From positions 124,001 through 188,000 of IMG/VR virus record IMGVR_UViG_3300047560_000921: DNA of 64,000 nt; one strand, written 5' to 3'. Shown in pieces: positions 35,905 to 44,326 of the stretch. The translations under genes and the position numbers were made by a program. Position 1 is the first letter of the stretch; each line of letters begins with the position of its first letter. Below the pieces are notes generated by a model. The model saw nothing but the letters and a program-made list of their open reading frames with translations. It had not been told where the DNA came from and ran no database searches.

Positions 35905-37935
35905 TTACCATTGGCCTTTGGTGGTATACCTGTACACAAAACTAAAGTCCATATTCTTACGTTGCTCGAGTAACTCTAAATGTCGATCCCGTTCCTTGTC
36001 ATCGTAGATAACTTGTCCTGTACTACCAGGCACTGCTAAACGCCTAGCCCTGCTAGCCGCGACGCTGGTTGCAGTGGAAAAATCGTTGAAACTCCAAGCA
36101 TTGTCTGCTTGCGTAAACTTATAAGAAAAGTCAGCGGTCCACTGCCCTTGTTCGTCGATATCAAACTGTATGTTGGAAATAAAATTACTGCTCAAGTTCC
36201 AACCGAACTCCATGGAATCTTGTTGTGGATCAAACATTAAGTTTAACTTAAACGCACCCCTAGTTCTCCACAGTATACGCAATAATGGCCATACTTCATT
36301 GACTACCGAGTCGGCAAACGCACCTTGCCCTGTGCTACAGATATTAAAGTCAAACTGCTCAAATTCTATTTCTTTTACACTGTCATTGGCAAACGATAGT
36401 GTGTAAGACTTTTTAATGTTAGGGCGGCTAGTGTAATCGTGTTGATCCTTGTTTACTAAGTGTATAAGCAATATGTTAAAAATCTTTAAACGTATTAGCC
36501 TATGTACTTTACTGTTAGCATAATCGTTGGTGATCCAGTTGTTTTCAAAATAGTTTTTGGCAACATCAAATTTGCCCACTGCCTGCGCTATAATAGTGTC
36601 GGGCGGAATAATAAATCCCATGCCTGGTGCAATACTACTAATCTTGTTGTTTCTGTTACGCCATGCTAGTTGCATACTGTCATACAAGTCTTGTGGGCGT
36701 TCGGTAGGAAAACCAATAATCCAGTTAGTAAATGCTTCTACGCCTACGCTGGCACCGTCACGTAAGTTTTGCTCTATTTCGTCTACAGTAACACCCTTGT
36801 CCATGTCCCGCAGTACTTTATTGGAACCCGACTCGATACCATAGTTTAAACTAAAACATCCGGAGTCCGCTAAGTCCTTGTAATAGTCCAAGTCCATTCG
36901 GCCATCGCAACGAGCATATCCTGTCCAGTGTAGCTTCATACCACGTGCTACTACACCTTTGGCAAATGCTCTAAGCTCTTTAAGGTTGCCGTTAACTAGA
37001 CTGTCAATGAACCATATAACATCTGTGCCACGATTGTAGTATAAGTCTACTAGCTCTTCTATAATGTTCCTAGCCATTCTGCCGCGATATTTCCAGTAAT
37101 GTGTTTCGCTACAGAACACACATTTGGCTGTACACCCCCTGCTAATTTCAGCATTAACGCCATTGGGCATTGTATAATCAGTAACTGGGAAATGGCTATA
37201 ATCTGGGCTAGGCAAGCTGTCTAAGTCTAGTCGCTGGCCGTCAGTTTGTTTAAACCATACTGGACGAGGTTTGGCCACACCTGCTTCGATTTCTCCTAAG
37301 GCTTCCAATAACATTTTCTCGCCTTCACCGGATACAATGTAATCGTATTCCTTGGGTGGTTCCCAGTAGCTTTGGTGGCAACTAGGTCCACCAACCATTA
37401 TAATGACATCGGGCAGTCTGCGTTTAAGTTCTTGTGCCATCCACAAGCTGGCTTGTTCATTGCAGTAGTAAAGTGTAAGCCCTACTACAGTTGGATTAAT
37501 TGCAACAATTTTATCTACATATTGTTGCAGGAATGGTTCTACATGCGGTTTTAGTTCTTGCTCATAGTGTGGTGTGCGCCACTTCCAATCTCTATTACCG
37601 GCCCATGGATTATAATCAAGTCCCCATGAGCTATGGTCTTGGTAGGCTTTGGCATTCAAATCAAATGCATGAGTTTCAAAACCTGCGGCTTTGGTAATTG
37701 CAGCCAAACGTGCAACATTATATGGGGGAAAGTTGTGTGCCCATTCTGGTAACAGTAAAAATACTATACTAGTTTTTCTACTAATATAATTAATGTCTAC
37801 TGGAGTTAAGTTACTTTGTGGGACTGCCCTAGCATAGGGCATGATAGCTTCTAGTGCAAGCCTATGCTTTTCGTCATAGTCTTCTTCTACTCGTTTAACG
37901 GGATTTAGGTTTCGAATCTCAAAGAGTTTTTTCAT
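35905..37935 (-). CDS. cobalamin-binding (class B-like) radical SAM protein
   Basis: B12-binding segment VVGLTLYY...IMVGGPS; SRGCTAKCVFC; GIESGS; IIGFPTE. Confidence 0.9.
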   Translation of the reverse strand: MKKLFEIRNLNPVKRVEEDYDEKHRLALEAIMPYARAVPQSNLTPVDINYISRKTSIVFLLLPEWAHNFPPYNVARLAAITKAAGFETHAFDLNAKAYQDHSSWGLDYNPWAGNRDWKWRTPHYEQELKPHVEPFLQQYVDKIVAINPTVVGLTLYYCNEQASLWMAQELKRRLPDVIIMVGGPSCHQSYWEPPKEYDYIVSGEGEKMLLEALGEIEAGVAKPRPVWFKQTDGQRLDLDSLPSPDYSHFPVTDYTMPNGVNAEISRGCTAKCVFCSETHYWKYRGRMARNIIEELVDLYYNRGTDVIWFIDSLVNGNLKELRAFAKGVVARGMKLHWTGYARCDGRMDLDYYKDLADSGCFSLNYGIESGSNKVLRDMDKGVTVDEIEQNLRDGASVGVEAFTNWIIGFPTERPQDLYDSMQLAWRNRNNKISSIAPGMGFIIPPDTIIAQAVGKFDVAKNYFENNWITNDYANSKVHRLIRLKIFNILLIHLVNKDQHDYTSRPNIKKSYTLSFANDSVKEIEFEQFDFNICSTGQGAFADSVVNEVWPLLRILWRTRGAFKLNLMFDPQQDSMEFGWNLSSNFISNIQFDIDEQGQWTADFSYKFTQADNAWSFNDFSTATSVAASRARRLAVPGSTGQVIYDDKERDRHLELLEQRKNMDFSFVYRYTTKGQW

Positions 37936-37960
37936 AGTGATACATTATATATCACTATAA

Positions 37961-38935
37961 TCACTTGCGAATTGTACGAACCTTACTAACTTTCTTAACC
38001 GGATCTTTATGAACAACTTTCTTTACCTTGTGCGTAATTGGATCACGTTGGTAAACAAAGTAATGCTCGCCATGTTTAACAGGAACACCCAGTGTTACGT
38101 CTCTGCCCATATACTTGGCTTCGTCTAAGCCCTCTTCTTTTTCTACGAAATGATTACCGTCACCGTCTAGTTGAATAATCTCGTCAATGAAGTCTTTTGC
38201 ATTAGTAATAAACTCATCATAGTCAGTGACATTAGTCATGTCTGTCTTGGTATACACCATACCGTCTAAGGAATATTCTACATCAGTAAATTCGCCAGGG
38301 AATATGAATACTGAACCTTTACGGACACGCCCTTTGTCATGGAATACAAAGTGAGCTTGCCTTGCACCGCTGTCCCCGTCATCTTCGTCCCCGTCATCAC
38401 CTGGGGCAAATTCATTTAATGAACTTTCTGCACCTTCATCGAACACACGGCCACCAAAACCTCTAGCAGGTTCACGAGTGTCAGGCACACCTGCTCTGCT
38501 TGGTCGTTTACCTGGATTAGCATCCTTCCACTTCTGGACTCGTTGTTTTTGTGCAGGAGTAAGTTCGTCAGGTGATACACGGGTACCATCGTCCCACTCC
38601 CATTTACCACGCTTGTTATTGAAGCTAAGACCTTCCGCCACACCTTTTTTGGCAAAGCCGCTATTGTGGAAACTACCTTCAATAAACCATTCGCAGTCGT
38701 CATCGTTTACTTTGACATTAAGCACGTGAACACTGTAGCCTTGATCTTCTAACCATGATTGCGCTTCTTGGATCATGTGTTGTTTAGACACAGCACCGCT
38801 GACATCTAAATCGTTCCACCAGCCATCGCCTACTAAGTCAGTCATTTGGTCGTCAGTGTACCAACGTCCTGATTCACCGTTACCCGGTGCAAATTCGTTT
38901 AAGTTTCGTTTTTGTGAAAATTCTCTATAGCGCAT
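37961..38935 (-). CDS. putative internal head protein, acidic, with repeated LNEFAPG
   Basis: MRYREFS leader; LNEFAPG twice, GVAEG, GLDEAKY. Confidence 0.65.
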   Translation of the reverse strand: MRYREFSQKRNLNEFAPGNGESGRWYTDDQMTDLVGDGWWNDLDVSGAVSKQHMIQEAQSWLEDQGYSVHVLNVKVNDDDCEWFIEGSFHNSGFAKKGVAEGLSFNNKRGKWEWDDGTRVSPDELTPAQKQRVQKWKDANPGKRPSRAGVPDTREPARGFGGRVFDEGAESSLNEFAPGDDGDEDDGDSGARQAHFVFHDKGRVRKGSVFIFPGEFTDVEYSLDGMVYTKTDMTNVTDYDEFITNAKDFIDEIIQLDGDGNHFVEKEEGLDEAKYMGRDVTLGVPVKHGEHYFVYQRDPITHKVKKVVHKDPVKKVSKVRTIRK

Positions 38936-38942
38936 ATGAAAA

Positions 38943-38971
38943 AACCCTTGATATTTTATTTATCAAGGGTT
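38943..38971. terminator. 11-bp perfect inverted repeat containing an ATAAATA box
   Basis: AACCCTTGATA-N7-TATCAAGGGTT, followed by a T-run on the minus strand; ATAAATA at 38957-38963. Confidence 0.6.
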
Positions 38972-38991
38972 AAGGGGTGAGCAGTTAGCTA

Positions 38992-39210
38992 TTACTTGCT
39001 GAATACTGCACGGGCGCTTTGCATAGCAAGGTCTTGCCAAGGCTTGTAAAAAGCATTTACTTTGTCTTGGTCATAGTGCTTGGTGAATTCGCCAGCTACA
39101 CGCTTGGCAACTGTAGATTGAGCTTCTACGATAGTTTTTGTGAATTCGAAAGCAGCCTTGTTAACGTCTGTAACGAAAGCGGTTGTTGTTTCTTTGAATA
39201 AGTCTTGCAT
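38992..39210 (-). CDS. small amphipathic helical protein (phasin-like)
   Basis: 72 aa, all-helical amphipathic pattern; TAGGAGA RBS; resemblance only. Confidence 0.45.
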   Translation of the reverse strand: MQDLFKETTTAFVTDVNKAAFEFTKTIVEAQSTVAKRVAGEFTKHYDQDKVNAFYKPWQDLAMQSARAVFSK

Positions 39211-39389
39211 AATATTTCTCCTAAAAAGCGAGGTTAATTTGGAACCCTATCATTAGGCGTTCCGTGTACTAGCAGTACATTCTGTAGTATAACATTATTT
39301 ATGTTGCAGTGCAACAAGATTTCACATCTTTTTCTAGTGAGTTGATACTAATCCAATTTTTTAGGTAAATATTGGAATAGGAGAATAAC

Positions 39390-40403
39390 ATGGCAGATAT
39401 ACCATTAACCAATTTAGACAATACACTTTATTACGATGCCAATGGCCTGATCTGCCAACGTGTGGGCATTAGCGGCGGGTCAGTAAGCATCACCGGCCCC
39501 GTGACAATTCCAGGAACTGTAACCGTACAAAGCTCACCTTCTGATCCTGTGCATGTTCACTTAACTGAAATGGGTGCAGTTGATTTAACAGCCGCAACAG
39601 CATTACCTATTAGCAGAACAACAGCACCAAACAGCACAACAAATAGACTTTACGTTAGTCAAGAAACAGATGCAGTTCTAGCAGATAGTAACTATTTCTT
39701 CAACGTTGCAAGGAACAAGATTCCGGGACATAAAGTCGTTGTACGCAATGCGTTTAACCCTAGTGTGCCACAAGACACTGAAACATCAGTTTGGGTAGAA
39801 GGCGGCATCTACCCTCACGGTGCTTGGACAACAGCACAGAAACTATACGTAATTTCCACAAGTGCCGCAGACACAGGACAAAGCATTTATATCGAAGGCT
39901 TAGATGCCAACTACAATATTCAAACAGAAATTGTCACTACCAGTGGCTTAACTGCGGTATCTACTACTAAAAACTTCTTAAGAATCTACACTGCTACTGT
40001 GGTTAGTGCAAGTAGCAACAGTGCTAATGCAGGCGAAATTACATTCCGTTTAGGTAGCGGTACCGGCACTGTGGTAGCACATATACGCACAGGCTTTGGT
40101 GTTACTAAGCTAAGTCAATATACTGTACCTGCAGGAAAGACTGCTTATATTATCTACGGTGCGGCAACTAGCTTCCGCGGCGGCTCAGGCAACATTGGTA
40201 GCCAAATCCGTATGATGGTTAGACCATACGGCGGCTCGTTTATTATGGCTTATATTGCTGAAGTAGTTAACGGGCAGTATCGTGATGACTTTACTGCACC
40301 AATGGAAGTACCTGCAAAGGCTGACATTGATGTTCGTTGTATGGCTGACAGCAACGGCAGTGTGTTCAGCGCAACCTACGAAATCATTCTTATAGACAAT
40401 TGA
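39390..40403 (+). CDS. putative virion structural protein
   Basis: Thr/Ser/Gly-rich beta protein; TAAATA box and AGGAG RBS upstream. Confidence 0.6.
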   Translation: MADIPLTNLDNTLYYDANGLICQRVGISGGSVSITGPVTIPGTVTVQSSPSDPVHVHLTEMGAVDLTAATALPISRTTAPNSTTNRLYVSQETDAVLADSNYFFNVARNKIPGHKVVVRNAFNPSVPQDTETSVWVEGGIYPHGAWTTAQKLYVISTSAADTGQSIYIEGLDANYNIQTEIVTTSGLTAVSTTKNFLRIYTATVVSASSNSANAGEITFRLGSGTGTVVAHIRTGFGVTKLSQYTVPAGKTAYIIYGAATSFRGGSGNIGSQIRMMVRPYGGSFIMAYIAEVVNGQYRDDFTAPMEVPAKADIDVRCMADSNGSVFSATYEIILIDN

Positions 40404-41403
40404 TCAGCGACTGGACAGCAAGGTTCTTACCCTTGCTTTCGCACATAATATCAAATTGCTCATTAAAGCTCAGAGCCCAGCGGTTAACTGCATTGTTCCA
40501 GTAAAAGTCGCTGTGTGCTCTGAGCTTTTGCTTTTTGTAACCTTGTGCCAGCAATGACGCATGGTCGGGCAGTGTTTCTGCACAATGGTCTACAAGATAA
40601 TCTTCCCTACTAACACTATAATGGCAAGTAGGCCGAACGCCACGCCACGAATCAATAACCCGTTGAACCCGAATATCGTCCGGCTGTATGTATTCCCCTT
40701 CTCTAACCCAGTGGTGATGTACATCCATGACAATAGGGAGAATATCACTAAGCTCAAGGCAGTCTGAAAGTCCATAACTTATTTCTTCGTTTTCGATTGT
40801 AATACAGTTTCTTGCTTCTGGCGATAGTTGTTGGTAGGCACGGCGGATACCTTCTGTACCGGCTCGACCCGAGATGTGGACGTTGATTTTGAAATCCTGA
40901 AAGGATTTGCCGTAACCCATGTAACGGGCCATATCCGCATGATACTCAAACTCCTCAATACTACGTTGTACAATTACATCAGATGCGCTAGCCAAGACAC
41001 AAAATTGACCGGGATGAAAACTAAGGCGTAGATTATTAGCCCTAGCACTGCTACCAATGTTATGAAAAACTCGCTCAAGATAATCCACAACATCAGGACG
41101 GCGCCAAAAATAGCACCAGCTAGGCTCGGTATAAGCAGGCAGGATATCACTGCTAAGGCGCACCATACGAAGGTTCGGTTCAAGACTGCCTACTCTTTCT
41201 ACTAGAAGTTTAGTTGCATTGAGGTTCTGGACCATCAGGTCCCAGAGCTTTTGTTCAGCCACTGACTTAGTTTGTCTATTTAACCAACTGATTGTAGTTG
41301 TGCCAGTATTATATTTTTTAGCATCATCCTTGGGCTTGATGCCATCAACTTGGCCTGCATGGTCAATCCACTTGCAGGCAAAACCGATTTTATTTTGTGT
41401 CAT
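40390..41403 (-). CDS. uvsE: UV damage endonuclease
   Basis: RLSSDILP, RLSFHPGQF, NVHISG, ITIENEE, DVHHH, HSD; start MTQNKIGFACK at 41403. Confidence 0.93.
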   Translation of the reverse strand: MTQNKIGFACKWIDHAGQVDGIKPKDDAKKYNTGTTTISWLNRQTKSVAEQKLWDLMVQNLNATKLLVERVGSLEPNLRMVRLSSDILPAYTEPSWCYFWRRPDVVDYLERVFHNIGSSARANNLRLSFHPGQFCVLASASDVIVQRSIEEFEYHADMARYMGYGKSFQDFKINVHISGRAGTEGIRRAYQQLSPEARNCITIENEEISYGLSDCLELSDILPIVMDVHHHWVREGEYIQPDDIRVQRVIDSWRGVRPTCHYSVSREDYLVDHCAETLPDHASLLAQGYKKQKLRAHSDFYWNNAVNRWALSFNEQFDIMCESKGKNLAVQSLINCL

Positions 41404-41767
41404 TTTTTGTAACAACTTTCCAAGAGCCCCAACAATGTTTGACGCCCTCACTCTTAACAATCCAATCAATAGTAACAATAGCCAACTTTACGTTATCGCA
41501 ATTGAACTCAATGGTAAGTGGCACGTTGACTTTTACAGGCCGACTAAACTTCAAATCCATTTTTGCACTTAATGCATACTTGATGTCTTTAAAGTATTCT
41601 TGTTCTGTAAATTTGCTCCACACTAACCATTGGGGTAGTTTGCTGATAATAAAGCCGCCTTGCACTACACCGTGAACTACGTGAATTTCCTGGTCGTCAC
41701 CGCTGATACGTGCAAAGTCCTGCACTTGCTCTAGCGTAAAACAGTCCGTGGCAATAAATGTAGTCAT
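41390..41767 (-). CDS. MaoC-like hot-dog fold dehydratase/hydratase
   Basis: FARISGDDQEIH (D-x4-H hydratase motif), LKFSRPV. Confidence 0.75.
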   Translation of the reverse strand: MTTFIATDCFTLEQVQDFARISGDDQEIHVVHGVVQGGFIISKLPQWLVWSKFTEQEYFKDIKYALSAKMDLKFSRPVKVNVPLTIEFNCDNVKLAIVTIDWIVKSEGVKHCWGSWKVVTKNDTK

Positions 41768-41772
41768 GCTGT

Positions 41773-41801
41773 ATTATACACTATTTTTGAATATTAGTCA
41801 A
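41773..41801 (-). promoter_or_regulatory. sigma70-type promoter
   Basis: TTGACT-N17-TATAAT immediately upstream of ATG 41767. Confidence 0.75.
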
Positions 41802-42072
41802 TAATGGTAATAGCTGTAACATTCATAATTTTGAAACTACGCCATTCCAATTTATCAGTACACCAAACGCTGAACACATTTGGATTTTTGGCTTTCGTTC
41901 CCTTGCTTTCCACAATGGGAAAACTACCTTCTTTTAGAGTACAAGGCATTACTCGTTGTGTACCGTCTACTTTGGTAAAAGTAACTTCGCAGTGGTTAAC
42001 TCTTAGCAAGTCGCCAATGGTTTCGGTACGTTGTTCTAGTGTGTCTGCTTCTGTAAATTCAATGGTAATCAT
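41794..42072 (-). CDS. T4-like WYL_2/DUF2693-type SH3-fold protein
   Basis: EVTFTKVDGTQRVMPCTL...VWCTDKLEWRSF. Confidence 0.75.
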   Translation of the reverse strand: MITIEFTEADTLEQRTETIGDLLRVNHCEVTFTKVDGTQRVMPCTLKEGSFPIVESKGTKAKNPNVFSVWCTDKLEWRSFKIMNVTAITIID

Positions 42073-42434
42073 TTGGTATGGTCCTTGGCTAGTTCGTAAA
42101 TCAAATCAAGTTCTCGTTTAGCTTGATCGACGTTGTCTAAGGCAGCTTGAACACTGGCGTGCTTTTGTGCCATTTCTTTCATTGCAGATTCCTTGGCCAT
42201 TTGTTCCATGACCCAGTTAATTGCAGTTTGTACAATGGGACTGAGTTCAATGCTACTGTATCCGCCGCCGATTGTCATCCACGACACTCCGTCATAGACT
42301 TCTGCTTGTTGGGTGTTGGTGTTAAAGCGCAACATGCCAGCACTTTGACTTCCAGGGCTGATATAAGGTTTGTTGCCTTGATATGTTTGTACGTTTATGT
42401 ACGGAGAATTTGAAGTGATATTGTTGATAAACAT
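42069..42434 (-). CDS. hypothetical phage protein
   Basis: GMLRFN..EVYDG..W motif; promoter upstream. Confidence 0.7.
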   Translation of the reverse strand: MFINNITSNSPYINVQTYQGNKPYISPGSQSAGMLRFNTNTQQAEVYDGVSWMTIGGGYSSIELSPIVQTAINWVMEQMAKESAMKEMAQKHASVQAALDNVDQAKRELDLIYELAKDHTK

Positions 42435-42439
42435 GCCAT

Positions 42440-42468
42440 AGTATAGCTAAGTTTAACTTAAATGTCAA
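42440..42468 (-). promoter_or_regulatory. sigma70-type promoter
   Basis: TTGACA-N17-TATACT. Confidence 0.75.
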
Positions 42469-42752
42469 ACGCTAGTACTGGCTTCAATGGTAAAATCAAA
42501 GGGTAATTTTGCCAATAGCTTTTTGGATATTACATCGCCGTCAATTTTACTTAGGTCACTGCTCAGTGGTATATCATAGCAATGTTCCATGTCACGTTCG
42601 TGATAAACCATTACAGCACCGTCTGCTTGCTGACTAATTAACTTGCCCACAGGACTGTCAAATACAATTTTGAAAAATGACTTTAGTGTGTCTTTGTCTA
42701 GTTCTTGATCCGATACTAGTCTAATAAAATGGTTAAATTCTTCTGCTATCAT
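42465..42752 (-). CDS. hypothetical protein
   Basis: 95-aa ORF, coupled to the upstream gene. Confidence 0.65.
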   Translation of the reverse strand: MIAEEFNHFIRLVSDQELDKDTLKSFFKIVFDSPVGKLISQQADGAVMVYHERDMEHCYDIPLSSDLSKIDGDVISKKLLAKLPFDFTIEASTSV

Positions 42753-43387
42753 TGTGAGTCCTTAGTATCGTAAGCCGCAGGGTTTATTAAATAGAAGCCC
42801 GCTTGTCCGCCTGTTAATCTTGTATGGAAGTCCCAGGTAGGAAGTAATCTCTTTACCATTCTTGCGTATAGCTTTGTACGTGAAGGTTCTGCAGAAGTAA
42901 ACTGTATCTCTTCTACTTTATCTCCATAGCTCGTTAAAAACGTGCGAGTAATATCGACCACAGTGGACATAACCTCTGCAGAGTTTCCTGTGCCTGCTAG
43001 GCCAAATTCTTTGTCGTAATCGAACTCGCTATCTCGTTGCTTAAATCCAATGGTCCATTGCTTAGGTCTGGATGTTCTCATTACCCTAGCATACCAAAGG
43101 TATTCTATGTCGCCAATCTTAAAACTAGCAAACGCTTCTTCACTGCCACGGAATTCCCAGTTCCAAGTCTTGCCAGATTTGAATAGCTCAGTTAGTGATT
43201 CGCTTTCAGTTACTTGAATAAGTCTGCTACTGCCAATTGGCTTAACTGGGAATATGTCGGCTATTTGTTGCTCCATGGTATGGATGCCCACATCAACACT
43301 AAGAGCACGTTCCCAGCGAGGATCTTGCGCTTCTTTTTCATTTTTAGGAATGTATCCACTACACTCTAGAAGTTCTTGTAATCTCAT
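42749..43387 (-). CDS. hypothetical protein with MRLQELLE leader
   Basis: ATG 43387 overlaps the upstream stop (ATGA). Confidence 0.7.
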   Translation of the reverse strand: MRLQELLECSGYIPKNEKEAQDPRWERALSVDVGIHTMEQQIADIFPVKPIGSSRLIQVTESESLTELFKSGKTWNWEFRGSEEAFASFKIGDIEYLWYARVMRTSRPKQWTIGFKQRDSEFDYDKEFGLAGTGNSAEVMSTVVDITRTFLTSYGDKVEEIQFTSAEPSRTKLYARMVKRLLPTWDFHTRLTGGQAGFYLINPAAYDTKDSQ

Positions 43388-44325
43388 TGGCCTCTCCACA
43401 CTGCATAAAGTCCAGTATCGGAATTATAGTTGCCATATACTTTGCTTAGGTTTGTATCAACATAGGCCTGTAGTTCTTTTTTAGTAGTGTTAGGTTGTAC
43501 ATCAAACGCAAAATATTGGTAGCCTTCGCGACCTTTGCCGAGATATTGACCACCTAGCTTGCCCATAATTGTATCTATTCTATTTTCAGCAGCTTTGTTT
43601 TTGCTAGCAATATACCTTTTATCACTTGCTCCTCTTGCATCAGCGGGATCATCAGTCTCTAAGTCCCAGTTATCAACCTTGAAAAACCCTTTCATTTCAA
43701 CTCCTGGGATTTGACTTAGACTCATCCAGTTACGACGACCACCTGGTGTTTGACTAGCTCCAGCAAGTAATGGACGTTTCATAATAGTTAAGACAATGCC
43801 ATATAAGGCTTTAGCTAGACCAACACCGCGATATTGTTCATCTACTGTAATAGTTCCAACTTGTAAGGCGCCACTAAGTGGAAACCTAAGTGGAAACCCG
43901 GGCCCTACGTTATGTAAACTTAATTTACCCACTAGTCTACCTGGCGCCTTGTCAAACTCTTCTTTGCGCCTTTCGTTTCGTTGTTTCCAGTATTCTACTC
44001 TGCTAGCATGTTCGCGACTATTATACCATGAAAGTTTCTTTGGTTCGGGTGTAAACTCGTACTCGCCTTTGTTTATTTTGTCCCATAGCTTAACTTCAAT
44101 GTCTCCGCTATCATTTGTTATAGAATAAAGTAACCCACTACCACCAGGTAATGGCTTAATTGTTTTAGTAGAACCGTATTCTACGTCTAAGTATTCCTTG
44201 CCGCCTTCGAACCCGCTCTTGCCTAAGCGTTCGATTTCAGTTAAGTTGGCACTTTCTACATTGTATCTAGGATCAGTTTTCTGACGATCCTCAGTTTGTT
44301 TTTTAAATAGTTCTCTTAATCTCAT
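43384..44325 (-). CDS. GNAT-fold protein with MRLRELF leader
   Basis: ITVDEQYRGVGLAKALY acetyl-CoA motif A; QTPGGRRNW. Confidence 0.7.
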   Translation of the reverse strand: MRLRELFKKQTEDRQKTDPRYNVESANLTEIERLGKSGFEGGKEYLDVEYGSTKTIKPLPGGSGLLYSITNDSGDIEVKLWDKINKGEYEFTPEPKKLSWYNSREHASRVEYWKQRNERRKEEFDKAPGRLVGKLSLHNVGPGFPLRFPLSGALQVGTITVDEQYRGVGLAKALYGIVLTIMKRPLLAGASQTPGGRRNWMSLSQIPGVEMKGFFKVDNWDLETDDPADARGASDKRYIASKNKAAENRIDTIMGKLGGQYLGKGREGYQYFAFDVQPNTTKKELQAYVDTNLSKVYGNYNSDTGLYAVWRGQ

Positions 44326-44326
44326 A

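Noticed and set aside
43874-43897. 12-bp tandem duplication CTAAGTGGAAAC x2
   Set aside because: An in-frame micro-duplication (FPLRFPLS) with only two copies and no sign of a functional repeat
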